From: Utricularia gibba
Lineage: Eukaryota; Plantae; Magnoliophyta
Direction: 5' to 3'
Length of the DNA: 64,000 bases
NCBI GenBank assembly: GCA_002189035.1
Contig: NEEC01000016.1
Coordinates: 1,364,001 to 1,428,000, forward strand
Positions 23,840-36,673 of the stretch are shown here, piece after piece. Position 1 is the first letter of the stretch. The number at the start of each line of letters is the position of its first letter. The translations under genes and the position numbers were made by a program. Under the pieces are notes generated by a model that did no database searches, was not told the DNA's origin, and was given only the letters and a program-made list of their open reading frames with translations.

Positions 23840-26800
23840 TGATACAAGTGGTCAATGGGCTCAACCCACGCTATTATTCAAAGGGCCTAGTATCACTTTA
23901 ACTCGTAAGAAGTAGCATAAGAGCAAGGAAAGAAGAGGGAAACGAGGCTTTTGACTTCTAGTATATCTTTAGTACTTTTTTCCTAAAACTTCATTATTAT
24001 GTATTTGGAATCTAGGAATCAACCAACCCTAAATTATTTGGTGTTGCAGGGAAGGTGTTTTGTTCAAGTGTTGGTGATACTTCGTTGTTATTCTCCATCG
24101 TTTCCATTATCGTGTTTATCGTTGTATGTCCTGTTCTATGAGCTATTTGTTTCCTTTCTATGTATTGACCATCATTTTACTAGATTTGTGGCTGGGTTTT
24201 GTGGCTTGGACTTTATTCATTGGCAATGAACTTCCTTAAGTATTGAGTGAATTCAATTGTTTGGTCATTTAGTAGTCAATCCTCCTCCCTCATTTGCATT
24301 AGTTGACGCTAGAGGAAGGCATAGACGAATGGCTCATGCAAGTTGGGGAGGATGTTGTTCGGGGAACCCTCAAATGGCTCATGAGTTTTATGTTGATCAA
24401 AGGTTTGAGTCTATTGAACACAAACTAGAACAATTGATGTTTGCCATGGAATCCCTCATAGTTGCTCAATTACCCACATCGCCAACTTACTGTGAAGGAC
24501 CATCAACTTTAAGGCAGTATGAAAAAACCTTTAAAGAGTGCACATCCCACCCATCTCAAGACTGATACTGAGAATTTGGCCTATAGATCGATATTCCTAA
24601 ATATCAAGGAGGGAGATTTGAAAGTTGAGGAGTTTTTGAAGTGGATTCAAATAGTCGAGTGCATCTTGAATTATAAGTAAGTATCTAACGACACACAAGT
24701 TGACTTAGTGGTAACTCGCATCAGAGGCAGAGCATCTGACTAGTGGAGTCAATTGTCAATGACCAAAAAAAGAATGAAAAAATCTAAGGTGACTACCTAA
24801 AATAAAATAAATAAATATTTGAGGGTTGAGTTCTTACCTCATAATTATTAAAGGATCGTCTTTCACTAAATATTTTTTTGTGAGTCATGATCCATCTATT
24901 ATGATTGTTCATTGGCAAGTTTCTTATCGTTTATTCTGACAATATTCTAATCTATAGTCATGATTGTATTTCACACTTATAACACATAAAGGAAGTATTG
25001 GAAGTTCTCAAGAAAGAACAATATTATGCTACCAAAAATAAATAATCATTTCTATAGGATAAAGTCTTGGTTATGAAACATTATATCTTTGATACTGGTT
25101 TAGAAGTAAATCAATCGAAGTTTGAAACAATCCGAGGTTGGCCACACCTACCACCCTAACTTAAATTCGAAGCTTTCATGAATTGACATTCTTTTACCAA
25201 TATTTCATTGGTCATTACAGTCACCAAATGGCTCCCATTACTGATTGTCTTAAGAAGAACAATTTTCAATAATCTGATGCAATTGAAAGTGCTTCCAACT
25301 GAAGGAAAAATTATCTTCAATTCCAATTCCAGCATTACTAGATTTCCAGCAGCCATTTGAGCCATATTGTAATGCTTAAGGTATTAGTATTATTGTGGTT
25401 TTGAGTCAAGGAGGCTACCTCATAGCCCACTTTAGCAAAAAGCTTTCAAGTAGCCAACTAAATTGTAGTATTTATGAAGTTGAACTTTTTGCTATTGTAC
25501 ATACAATGAGCAACTAAAAATACTATATGTTTCATAAGGAATTTATTTTATGGATTGATCACAACTCTCTAAAGCACCTCAATTGTAAATATAAGATTTC
25601 AAGTTGTCATGGTCATTGGGTGGCCTTCTTACAATAGTTTTTCTTTTGTCATTAAACATAACAGTAGGATTCAAAATTGTGTAGCAGATGTTTTATGTTG
25701 GCAGCAAGCTTGTTTGACTATATTGCAAGTACAAATTACCTGTTTTGAGGCTATGCGTGGTCCTTATGAATCTGATCCTTATTTTGGATCTATACTACAA
25801 CTACTTCATGGGGTTATGAGTGATTGCAATCTAGAAAATGGTTATTTGTTCAAAGGATGTCGACTATGCATTCTTGACTCTAGTTTGAGACTTCAACTAA
25901 TTCAACATCTACATGAGGAAGGTCATGTTGGGGCTGACTGAACTTTGTTCTTAGTTCGTTCATCCTATTTTTAGTTAGGACAACAACGTCCACTAATACA
26001 AGTTTGTATCAATCCTTGCCCGTTACTCAAAAACCTTGAATAAACCTTAGCATGGATTTTGTATTGGGGATGTGAAGAACACAGAAAGGGATGGACTCAA
26101 TCCTTTTTGTGGTTGATCATTTCTTTAAAATAACCCATTTCATTCCATGTAAGAAGACTATGGATGCCAAAAAAGTGGCTCAATGTTTTTTTAAGGAGAT
26201 GTATCGACTACATGGCTTGCCGATGAGCATATTTTCTGATTATGATACTAGTTTTGTTGACAACTTTTGGTGTAGTTTGTGGTGTAGTTTGTGGCATATA
26301 GTTGGAAAAAAGTTGAACTTCATCTAGACATATCATCTAGAAACGGATGGGCAAACTGAGGTTGTAAACCATTCTTTGGAGAATCTTCTATATTGTTTGG
26401 TAAAGGCATAACAAAAGTCATTGGATGTTCTTTTGAGTCGAGCTGAATTAGCTCATAATCATGCTTGTAATCCGAATATCGAATTAAGCCTCTTCAGGTG
26501 GTCTATTCAATCTTACCTCATGATATAATTGAATTAGCAACATTGGATGACTCTACTGGACTACACATTATCTTGGGCAAAGCACATATATCAACTCATG
26601 AATATCACAAGTTATCTGACAAGAAAGTGTGTCTAGTAAAAGTTCAGGAGCGCATCAATGCGAATGCTTACTGTGTCTATCTCCCGACACACATTCCATA
26701 TATTCAACATACAACACATGCTTCCTTATCACCCACCTCTAAACTCAATGACGAGTTCTTCAACCCCTAAAGGAAATGATGCAGGTGGTCAATAGGCTCA

Positions 26801-27237
26801 ACTCATGTTATTATTTAAAGGACCATGTATCACCTTAATCCATAAGGAGTAGCATAAGGGCAAGGAATGCATAGGAAAATGTGACTTTTGACTTCTAATA
26901 CATATTCAATACTCTTTTTCTAAAACTTTATTACTGTGTTTTTGGAGTCTATGAATCAACCAACCCTGAATTACTTAGTATTGCAGTGAAGATGTTTTGT
27001 TCAAGTGATGGTGATACTTCACTATTATTCTCCATCGTTTCCATTAACGTGTTTATCATTGGGTGTCTTGTTCTTTGAACTATTTGTTTCCTTTTTGTGT
27101 ATTGACTATCATTTTCCTAGATGTGTGATTGGTTTTTGTGGCTTGGAACTTATTCGTTGACAATGAACTTCCTTGAATATTAAGAGAATTCATTATTTTG
27201 TTATTTAGCAATCAATCCTCCTCTCCCATTTGCATCA
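23840..27237 (+). mobile_element. Internally deleted Ty3/gypsy LTR element, CRM-like chromovirus, non-autonomous
   Basis: Direct-repeat LTRs 23840-24301 and 26777-27237 (TGAT...GCATCA/GCATTA). Target-site duplication ACATA/GCATA. Degenerate gag (IDIPKY...VEEFLKWI), RT/RNase H fragments (YEVELFAIV, DHNSLKHL) and integrase ([23 protein letters not shown]...RLHGLP). Confidence 0.88.
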
Positions 27238-28329
27238 GCATACCTCTATGAATGCATTAATGGTGTTAAAAAGAGAATTCTTCAATGCAATGATCATTTT
27301 GACATCGGATTGCATGTTGATAGGATGAAACAAAAAGCATAAGAAGTAATCATCAGTAATGGGAATATAGTTTGGGGCATCACTTTTACTTTCAATATAT
27401 CAATCAATAATTCTAATTAAATATTGATTTAGATTCTTACCTATTGTAGCATGTAAATAACGATACAATCATTCAAAGTTGATCCTTCTTTTGAGTTGAA
27501 CATACTTATATAATGCTCTATTGCACATGATATGAGTAGTAAAATCATTGAAATTATTTTCACAATAAAATACATGTACCTCTACAAAGTAGTCATTGCA
27601 ATTGTGAAATAAATGAAAATGTAGATGTAAGAAATAATGGTGAATATTTGTGAAGATAATAAGAGACTATATGAAATAAGTAAAATAAATTTTTAAAAGT
27701 ATAATAAAAATTTATATAAAATATATAGTATTTATATAATTTTAAAAAAATATTTTTACCTACTACATAATAAAATAATCATTAAAAAATTCAATGATAA
27801 CTTTTTTATTCAATAATAGTACAAACATGACTTTTACTTCACATGAGCCACCATCGTGGAAGATATGAAATAAATAATTATTTTTATTTTTTAAATATAA
27901 TTTTTTTATATAATATATTTTATGAATTATTATATTTATTTAAAAAATAATGCTTTAATTATTAATTTTTAAAATATATTATTTATAATACCAAATAATC
28001 TGTATATATATATAATATATATTATAATTTATTTATTCAAAATAACTTAATATTTATGGATTTTATTAATATATTTTTATAAGAAATAGTTTATAATGTT
28101 TAATATTTTTGTAGATGTTAATTAAGAATATTTATTTATGAATATATATATATATGTTTTATAAAAAAATATTTAAAAAAAAGGGGTATTCAAAAAATAA
28201 GAAAATAGTGATATTCAACAAATTAGTTTTTTATAAAGTAATATTTATCCAACAAGACCCATTTGTCATAATGTACAACTCTTAGCACAACACATGAACA
28301 AATAATGTGAATTGCATTATAACCATGCA

Positions 28330-28574
28330 TTATGGGTGTTGAAATATCTCAAAATAGCTTTGATCAAGGTATGTCTTTCTTGACAATATCTAAGCAATCC
28401 TCAAAGTCTATTGTGATAGCCATTGACAGGTGTAACTTGCTAAGAGTTCAATTGAAGAAGAATATTGAACCATATCCATTTTGGATTGTGAACTTGAACC
28501 TATATGAGAAGAGCAAATATTTTGATACAGATTGGCATTATATCAAAGAGAAAGGGGTGCAAGTCATCATTTAA
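28330..28574 (+). mobile_element. Ty1/copia pol fragment
   Basis: MGVEISQN (RT YFLGIEV-like) fused by deletion to LYEKSKYFDTDWHYIKEK (RNase H FHERTKHIEIDCHFIREK-like). Confidence 0.6.
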
Positions 28575-29828
28575 ATCACATAAATGCCTTACAATGGATC
28601 AACTAATTGATCTATTTATTATACAAATTAAACTTAGAAGATATCTATAATCCATTTGAAACACATTGTTATATATTGCTGTTAGATATATATTTGATAC
28701 ATAGTTTTTAGTATTTTAATATTAGAAAATACATAATATTATGTTATAAAATTAGGATTTTATTTCTATATTTTTGTGATTTACAGTGGTGTTTTATGAT
28801 TTAATTATTTCTTTGAGAGTAATGCAACACATTCTCAACAATCTAAATCCCAAGGACCCAAAACTGTACAGTAGAGTTGGTAGGAAAATGAGATAAAAGG
28901 GAAGAAAGAAAAACATCAAATTCCAAAGAAAATAAAAAAATTTTGGACAAAAACATAAGGGGGTGAAAAGAGAAAAATATCTTACATTGGCCAAACACAA
29001 GAAGAATAAGTAAGAATATGATCTTCAGAAAAATTCTAGAAAAACCATAAAGGAATAAGTACGAAACTAGGAATCAACATTATCTTTAAAGATTTCATAT
29101 TTTTTTATTAAGAATATTACTCTCAACCCGATTGCAATGATTTAACATTTTGCGTTAAACTATTTATATTTTATTATAATATGAACATATTATAGTGTTA
29201 GTTTTATTTTTCTTCTATATGAGTAGCTAAGTATCAAATGGTAACTTGAGACTAAAAAGAATAAATATGTTTATTATTCTTTAAACCATATTAACTATAT
29301 GACCATATTAGTTTCTTAGCAAATCAGAATAAATCCAAGAAGGGAAACTAGTTATATGTTCATCATAAGCCAACCATAATTATAAGTAGATCAAAAGTTA
29401 GGAAAATACAAGAATTTGGGAAGATTTGAACTTTTATTAATTAAATGCACAATTGATGGTTGAAATGAGATAAGAATAATAATGAGCATGTTATTCCTAA
29501 AAATCTCAAGATATTACACTGTTTTCTATTAGACATGAATTTGATTTAATTATTTGTTTTTTTATTGTATTTTATTAGATACTTGTATTAGTTCTAACTT
29601 AAACTTAATTTTTTATTATGATAAAAATAGAATACATTAGTTTTTACATAACAAACATAAAGTTCTTTGTGTTCGATCTTAATTCACTATACTTGTATTT
29701 ATGTTATGATGAAAAATTAATTAGGTACATAATTTTATTTGGTAATAAATTTTACATTTGTATGATGTGTGCAAATTTTCTGTATATTAATATTTATAAA
29801 AAATAATTTTTTACTCATTTATAAATAA

Positions 29829-29832
<4 letters not shown>

Positions 29833-29860
<28 letters not shown>
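29833..29860. repeat. (TA)n microsatellite
   Basis: About 14 TA units, preceded by aaat units. Confidence 0.9.
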
Positions 29861-29863
<3 letters not shown>

Positions 29864-30059
29864 GAATTATTTTCTAAATTTCATAATCTATTTACTAACA
29901 CTTTATTTGAAACAAGATCTATTCTTGATTTCACATAGCATACTTCATTGAAATGAGCAAATAGTTCAAACATCGAACTAAACCATTGACTAATCGATTA
30001 GCAACATCAACTAATTGGTTATAAAGTTTGTTATGGTTAGATATCGATTTTTTTGAAGA

Positions 30060-30500
30060 TAGCTGATTTTCAAATGATAGAACTCATTTATTTGTATCCC
30101 ATTTGCGAGTTTAGGATTTGAGGATCGCTATGTGGATAAAAGAAATAAAAGAAGACATAAAATTTTTACATGGAAACTATCGGAATGGAAAAACAATAAA
30201 TTTGAGGGAGTTCACCGATAAAGTGGTTTAACTAAGAGAAATAAGGAGGAGTTATAAGTGATGCCTTGAGAGTCCAATCCTTTTTTTTTTCAAATCATGC
30301 TAAGAGATATCATGGTGAATCATGCTGAATTCTGTAGATATCAATTACTTTATACGTTTGATGGTCGTGCATATGGTCCTATTATCAGATAACCACTGAT
30401 TATTCTTATTCTCTTGTAATTCAACTATTTTTTAAACTCTACTAAAACGATCATCATTATCCAATTTTTATTTATATCGGTCTATCGGTCTATTACAAAC
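30060..30500. mobile_element. Possible decayed Tnt1-like LTR remnant
   Basis: ttttacatggaaact...ggaaaaaca resembles the motif order in 8930-8975. No clear termini or target-site duplication. Confidence 0.25.
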
Positions 30501-31058
30501 TATCAGAATTGTATGAGACTTTTTCCTAGTCGATTTCGTCTCTACATGGTATATGCTAATTTAGTACTCCATCACAATTCAATTAGCAATTTTAGAAGCT
30601 TAATATTAACCAATTAATCCTTAAATCATCTTTTTATTAATTCGTTTATTTTTATACATATATATATATTAAAAACTATATTTAATTAGTATATATGTTT
30701 TTAATAAATGAATAATTTAGAAAACAAATGTACGATCTCTTCTATTATAATTTTGAATATACTTTTAATTTTAATTAAATAATATATATTTATCTCAATA
30801 TGAATACTTCATTAATTTATACCACACCTCCCCTTCATTCATGGTTTTCGTACTATAATTGAAAAAAACCCGAAATTTTCTTTATTGTAGGGCAATATAT
30901 TTGATGACCCAAAATACCCTTCATCTCGTTCCCCCAAAGCTGCAAAACCCCTCCCCCAGGGCCGGACCCGAACTCCAGAAAGGCGTCCACCCCGACAAAA
31001 TCCATCGAACATCACTCCCGGCGGTCAATTGAGGGAACGTTGGCGGTGACAAAGCGCG

Positions 31059-32600
31059 ATGGAGGTATCGGACTCGGAATTGATCGAGCGTCTTCAGGAA
31101 ATTCTTAGCACGTCCGATCTAAACACGACGACGACGACCATTGTTCGGCGGAGGCTGGAAGAGGATTTCGGCGTCAATTTGTCGGATAGGAAAGCGTTTA
31201 TCAGGGAACAGGTTGATGAGTACTTGCAGAGCCGAATAGATGGGGACGATAAAGAAGAAGAGGAAATTGACGGCGAAGCTGGAATTGAAGAAAAAGATGA
31301 GGGTGTTGAAAAGGAATCGGCATCTGGTGATGGGAGATGTACTTCTGAAACAGGGTACTTTCACAATCTTCTTCCTTTTCAGCAATTCTGCATTTACACA
31401 GTTGTAAAAATGGTCCAACTTTGGTCAAGAATTGAGTACATGTTATGTAAAATGCCAGGAATTTTTGCGTTGTCAGTTTTGGGGCTTATGCGATTGTTTG
31501 TTTCATCATACGCCAGAGTAATTTCAGCTTGCATACGTGAGTTTCAGGTCCACAGAAAAACAAGTTAAAAAGGGAGGTGGTGGAATCACCAAATTATGCC
31601 GCCTTTCCCCAGAGCTTCAAAAATTCACTGGCGTGCCGGAGTTGGCTCGGACAGGGGTATGATTCACTGTAGTTTCTTTTACTGAGACGCCTATCTGAAG
31701 CATGTTTCAAAGCATAATTAGCCTAGTTATGTTTCAGGTTGTGAAGCAACTGTGGGCATACATCAAGGAGCATAATTTGCAGGATCCATCCAATCGGCGA
31801 AGCATTGTTTGTGACGATACATTGCGGAGCCTTTTCGGTGTTGACACAATAGATATGTTCCAAATGAACAAAGCCATTTCGAATCATGTTTGGCCTTTGG
31901 ACTCCGATGGTCCTGGTATGACTCCTCCCTTAAGGTTGCTTTGACATCGGATGGATCATGTGATCATTGGTTTCTTGAAGGTTGAAGTTTGTTATTAAAC
32001 TGCTTTTCCCGTATAATTGTATTCCACCAGTGCCTTCAGAAATTTCCAAACCAAAGGAGAAACAAGCAAAGCATGAAAGAGAAGGTAGTAACTTTACTCC
32101 ATTGTTCTATAGCTGGTAAACCGTTCAGGCTTAAGTTTTGCCTCCTTCGCTGGACTACTTCCTCCCTATCATCCTTAATACTTGTCGTAAATTGTTATGA
32201 CCATCATTCATTCTTCTTGTGTTCAGACCAAGACGAGCCGAAGAGGAAGAAGAAGCAGCAGAGAGTTGGAAACTCAAACTTGCTCGTTCCTCTCAAACTT
32301 TCTGATGCTTTAGTAAAGTTTCTGGGCACAGAAGAGCATGCATTACCGCGTTCTGACGTAGTTAAGAAGATCTGGGAGTATATCAAGTCAAACAATTTAC
32401 AGGTATATTTTAATATGCGATGAGAATGGAATGTCCCTGTCTTCTGACTTCAAAGATGTTCCATTCTACTGAAGGATCCATCAGACAAAAGGCAGATCAT
32501 ATGCGATGAGAAGCTGAAAGAGCTTCTTAATGTAGACACCTTTTGTGGATTTACAGTAACAAAACTCTTGACTCCACATTTCGCAAAGACAGAGCAATGA
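31059..32600 (+). CDS. DEK-C plus two SWIB/MDM2 domain protein (UAF30/Spp27-like), six exons
   Basis: DEK-C (ELIERLQEILSTSDLNTTTTTIVRRRLEEDFGVNL), acidic linker, SWIB-1 (GGGGITKLCRLSPELQKF...VVKQLWAYIKEHNLQDP) and SWIB-2 (LSDALVKFLG...VVKKIWEYIKSNNLQ|DPSDKR). Splice phases are consistent. TGA at 32598-32600. Confidence 0.93.
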
Positions 32601-33116
32601 TTGCCATGGTTTCGTAAGCACTTCGAATCTCTCAACTGCTCTTTTTTGATACAATCCTCGGATCAAATGATTCCTAGGTTCTTGTCTACTTGTTAGATTT
32701 GTTGCCTTGTAGCCATCACTTTACACAGTTGAGTGTTACGCACATTCCTAGATCTTGATGTTTACAACCCCTGTTTCTTTGCACACACTGGGCACCCAAC
32801 CATCTTGGATTCTTGTTGCTAGCAGGAAATCCTCAGAAGGTAGCATGAGTTTTGTTCAGGCCTCTAGGAAGAAAGCTGCATTTGGCACAATAGAATCAGA
32901 ATGATCAAATGTATGTAGAATCTACCCTTTTTTCTGTACTCCCTCGAGTGTATGATTAGTGACTGATATTCAAATTTCGCTTTTTTATTCATATTCTTTT
33001 ATATGTACAACAAAAAAATATCTTGAAAGTAAGAGGGGAAATAAACTAATAAAAAAAGCAGAATACCAAGATGGATGCCTGATGAAGCGGCGGGCATCGA
33101 TACTTCCCACCAACAC

Positions 33117-34010
33117 CTATTCCAGTTCCGAGTCAAACTGCTGATGGTAGTACGAAGGTGATGGTGTTGGTGGGGATAACTGCTGCTGCACCGTCTGATC
33201 CGGTTCACAGTAAAGGTGACTCTGGAAACCAGGGATGGTATCATTCCTGTTCCAGCAAGAGGGATACAGTTTCGTTTCCTCCGGTTGAATGTGATGATTC
33301 AGTGACGGCGCAGTTGAATCGAACACCAGCTCTACCGCACTCTGAATTGAGATACCTTGGTCGTGATGATCAAGCCCAATGTTTCCTGTTTGCAGTCCTG
33401 CCGTGTCGCAATTGTCGAGTACTTGAGCCGTCTGATCATATACCAGGTTTCCCCTGCACTCACCTTGAACCTGATCATAACCAGCATTCCCATCAAACCA
33501 GGTGGCATAATGCTGCTCCTGTTGACGACTTGTGAAAAGTATCGTCTCTTGTTCAGCCATATGAGCAACAAGAATCTGCTCTTGACACTGGTGGTTCAAA
33601 CTCATGAACATTTGCAGCTCATTGGACTGATTCATCACTATCTGCTGCGGCTGCAGGAGATCATCCTCTGGATCTAGAGCAATATATGCGGACAACTCCT
33701 GCTTATATGATTCCAACATAATCTTAACCATCCGTAACCGTTTCTGGAGAACGGAAATTCTCCCAATGCACCCATAGACCGGGTCCTTGACACGGCATTC
33801 CGCTTCGTAGGCCAGTGTCTCAGCGGCGTGTCCACGATCGGAGAGGGGAAGTTCACTGAGAATCTTCGATACGTTGCTGGCGCCGTACACTTTGTGCACG
33901 GTGATGAATTTATTAACATCATCCGGCGGGAAGAACGGAGCGAAAACGCACTCCTCCGTGCATTTCTGACGTCGACACTTGCATGCGGCGCACGGCGCGC
34001 TCTGCGGCAT
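33117..34010 (-). CDS. Class I LOB-domain (LBD/AS2 family) transcription factor, intronless, 297 aa
   Basis: CX2CX6CX3C motif (CAACKCRRQKCTEEC), GAS block (VHKVYGASNV...DPVYGC), leucine-zipper-like segment and long Gln-rich tail. Confidence 0.93.
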   Translation of the reverse strand: MPQSAPCAACKCRRQKCTEECVFAPFFPPDDVNKFITVHKVYGASNVSKILSELPLSDRGHAAETLAYEAECRVKDPVYGCIGRISVLQKRLRMVKIMLESYKQELSAYIALDPEDDLLQPQQIVMNQSNELQMFMSLNHQCQEQILVAHMAEQETILFTSRQQEQHYATWFDGNAGYDQVQGECRGNLVYDQTAQVLDNCDTAGLQTGNIGLDHHDQGISIQSAVELVFDSTAPSLNHHIQPEETKLYPSCWNRNDTIPGFQSHLYCEPDQTVQQQLSPPTPSPSYYHQQFDSELE

Positions 34011-35121
34011 TGTTTGTTGCGATTCAACTGGACAACAAGAATCTATTACTTTCTAAGTCCAAAAGATTGCATAATTCAGCAAGAAGTAAACGCACCTGAT
34101 TGTTCGCACTGCTCTGCAGACCCCTTCTTTTCGCCGGAGCCGGGGAAGACACGAATCCCTGAGGAAAACAAAACGAAATGATTTCTGTTTCAGATTTTAT
34201 ACTTTTCAGTTTTCAACGTGCGTATCCAAAGAGGTTTCCTAAACACGCGTATCCTGTTGACATTATCCAAATTCCCATATTTCCTAAATCATAATCAATC
34301 TTCGAGATATTCAATTTCTTGTGTTTATTTTAATGCAAATTAAAAAGTTACACTACATGATAACTCAGATATAATAAGCTTTTTTTCTCTCTCTATATAT
34401 ATAGTACCGATTTTATACAAATAATATCATCCAAAATAAAAAAAATGTTATAAAAATCATATTGTATATCGTATTATGTAAGATGAATTGAATAAATAAC
34501 AAATATTTCATGCAAACTAGATGATCATGAGTAAAATTATAATTTATCAATAAATGTGGATACAATAACAAATCAATATATTGAAAATATATTTGGTTGA
34601 TATTAAATATATTTATATTTATAAATAAAATATGAATTTTATTTACAACTATTATGCTTTACTTGGTTAGTTGATTTACATTTTTATAAATTTATATTAT
34701 TTGGATTTAGATACTCAAATACATAGGTACAATCCTCCCTTAAATATACATATATATGCCAAAGTAATATATGACTATATTTATACCTACATATCAAATA
34801 CCAGAATTTTATTAAATACATCATAAACCAATAGTATACATTCATATTAAACAAGGCATTAAGTGGAAGAAAATTTACAAAAAATTGAGATTTTATATCT
34901 ACCAATTTTAGGATATTTAAATTATACATTTTTATATGATATTTTTATTTTCAATGCTTTTTAGTATTTATATTTAAAAAATATTTAGAACATAATTATT
35001 TTTTTTATGTAAATAAAAATGTTTTATCTTATTTTTATTAGAGTGTATTATAAAAGGAGAAGGCTGCTTCTCATGCTGTTTTTATTTGAGTTATTCCAAC
35101 GTAACACATGCAGCGCGGCAA

Positions 35122-36673
35122 TCAGCCGGCGAGACGGCGTTTCCGTTCGTCGGAGAGTGCCTGCGCAAACCGAGCCAAAGCATCGGCATTCGTGCCTTGC
35201 CCTGGAACTGGCTCCGGTAGACCGGTCTCCAGATTCATCCTCAAAACCGGCTCCTTCAGCAGGCTTTCACCGATCTGTACAAGGTTTTGCATGTTGTCGG
35301 CGGTGGAAAGATCTATCTGTGTGGTGTCTCCGACCAAGTTGAATTCCTTCACAGTCAAACATTGCGAATCAGTTTTCTGTCATTCTGAGAATCTAGTAGT
35401 GAACACTGAATTCATCGTAAATGTGTTGCACCTGGACGCGAAGGTAGTTGTCGTCGTTTCCGCCGGCCTGGAAGATGGTGGAGACGGCGATATCGACGAC
35501 GTCGGAGCTGCCCTCCATGAAGAAATCGATCAGCGGGGTCGATCCGAAGTAGTAGACCCAACTGATAAGCCCCCAGTTTGAGGCTTCATCTGCAGTGTAT
35601 TTGCCTTCTTCTTGAGCCGCGCCGCTGCCCAGTGATAAGAGAAGCGTCTTGCTCGGATCCAGTGTAACTTGCTTTGCAAGATGAGTAACAGCCAACAGAG
35701 CCTGAAACAAAGAATTATTTTTTTTAAGAAAACTAAGGAACTCTGTGTGTTGCACAGTGAAACACTCACAGGATTGTTGGCCATTACGCCTCCGTCGATC
35801 AGATTGAAGTCTTGCGTGTTTCCTTGGGCGTCGACTGTCTGAAAGTACACCGGGGGAAGAAACGTCGGGGCGGCGGAGGTGCCGAGACAGACGTCGGAAA
35901 GAAGCGCGTTCATGGCCGGATTCCCCTCCCCTGCGCAAGATAAAGTTGGTACACACACGTTCTATGCATCTGTTCAATTAAGCAGTGAAGGGTCTCTCTT
36001 TACATCTGAGGCTGAAAATATCGCCGGCTTCATGCGCTTGATGTCGAACGCCGGAAGCAGCACATCAGTCAACGCACTGCTCACGTTCATATTTCCTAAC
36101 AGCTTCTGCACCAGCGACCTCAAGTAATCGCCGTCATACTTCGGTCCACTCAGAGCGTTAAATATCATGTTGATGAAATCGTCGCGCCTGTGGACACCAC
36201 GCCGTTGTCATTTCCAAAACAATCGGAACAAAAACCGGTAATCAAAGTGTTGGGAACATACTCGCTGGCTGGGAATATATTGGGACCCTCCTGAATGTAG
36301 AAGGGAGCTATATCCTGCGCAGCAAACATGGGCCGCCCATCCGTTCCCGGAGCTGTGATCAGCGCCGTGATCAGGCCGCCGGTGCTCGTCCCGGCCACCA
36401 CGTCGAAGTAGTCTGCGATTCGGGCACTGGGACCATCAAGTTGCTGCAGCAAGTACAGAACTTTGAGCAGCAGAAGATTATCCATAGTTCAGTAAACTCA
36501 TTTTACGTTACTTGGAGTTGTGACTCCAACTGGGCCAATAACACGCCGGAAATGATGCCCCTGATGCCCCCACCGTCGATGCTGAGTACAGTCGAGAGCG
36601 TCCGGCCGGACTCACCGCCGGAGACATGGAAAAGCAGCAGAAGCAAGAAAACATGAGTACAAAAACGCTTCAT
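35122..36673 (-). CDS. Patatin-like acyl hydrolase (pPLA-II type) with signal peptide; splice-phase problem at intron 3
   Basis: [20 protein letters not shown]..., then [12 protein letters not shown], catalytic [20 protein letters not shown] and [10 protein letters not shown]. Six exons (36673-36512, 36443-36262, 36187-36004, about 35930-35771, and two further exons to the stop at 35122). Confidence 0.9.

Noticed and set aside
27700-30900. AT-only ORFs (28794-29000, 29618-29806) and similar ones at 34684-34929 and 37310-37492
   Set aside because: Their Ile/Tyr/Phe/Lys/Asn bias reflects base composition and they have no domain signatures.
33158-34181. Several plus-strand ORFs antisense to the LBD gene
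   Set aside because: Shadow ORFs of a coding region, with no motifs. The same applies to antisense ORFs over the CYP, patatin, RCCR, unknown-protein and MAPKKK genes.
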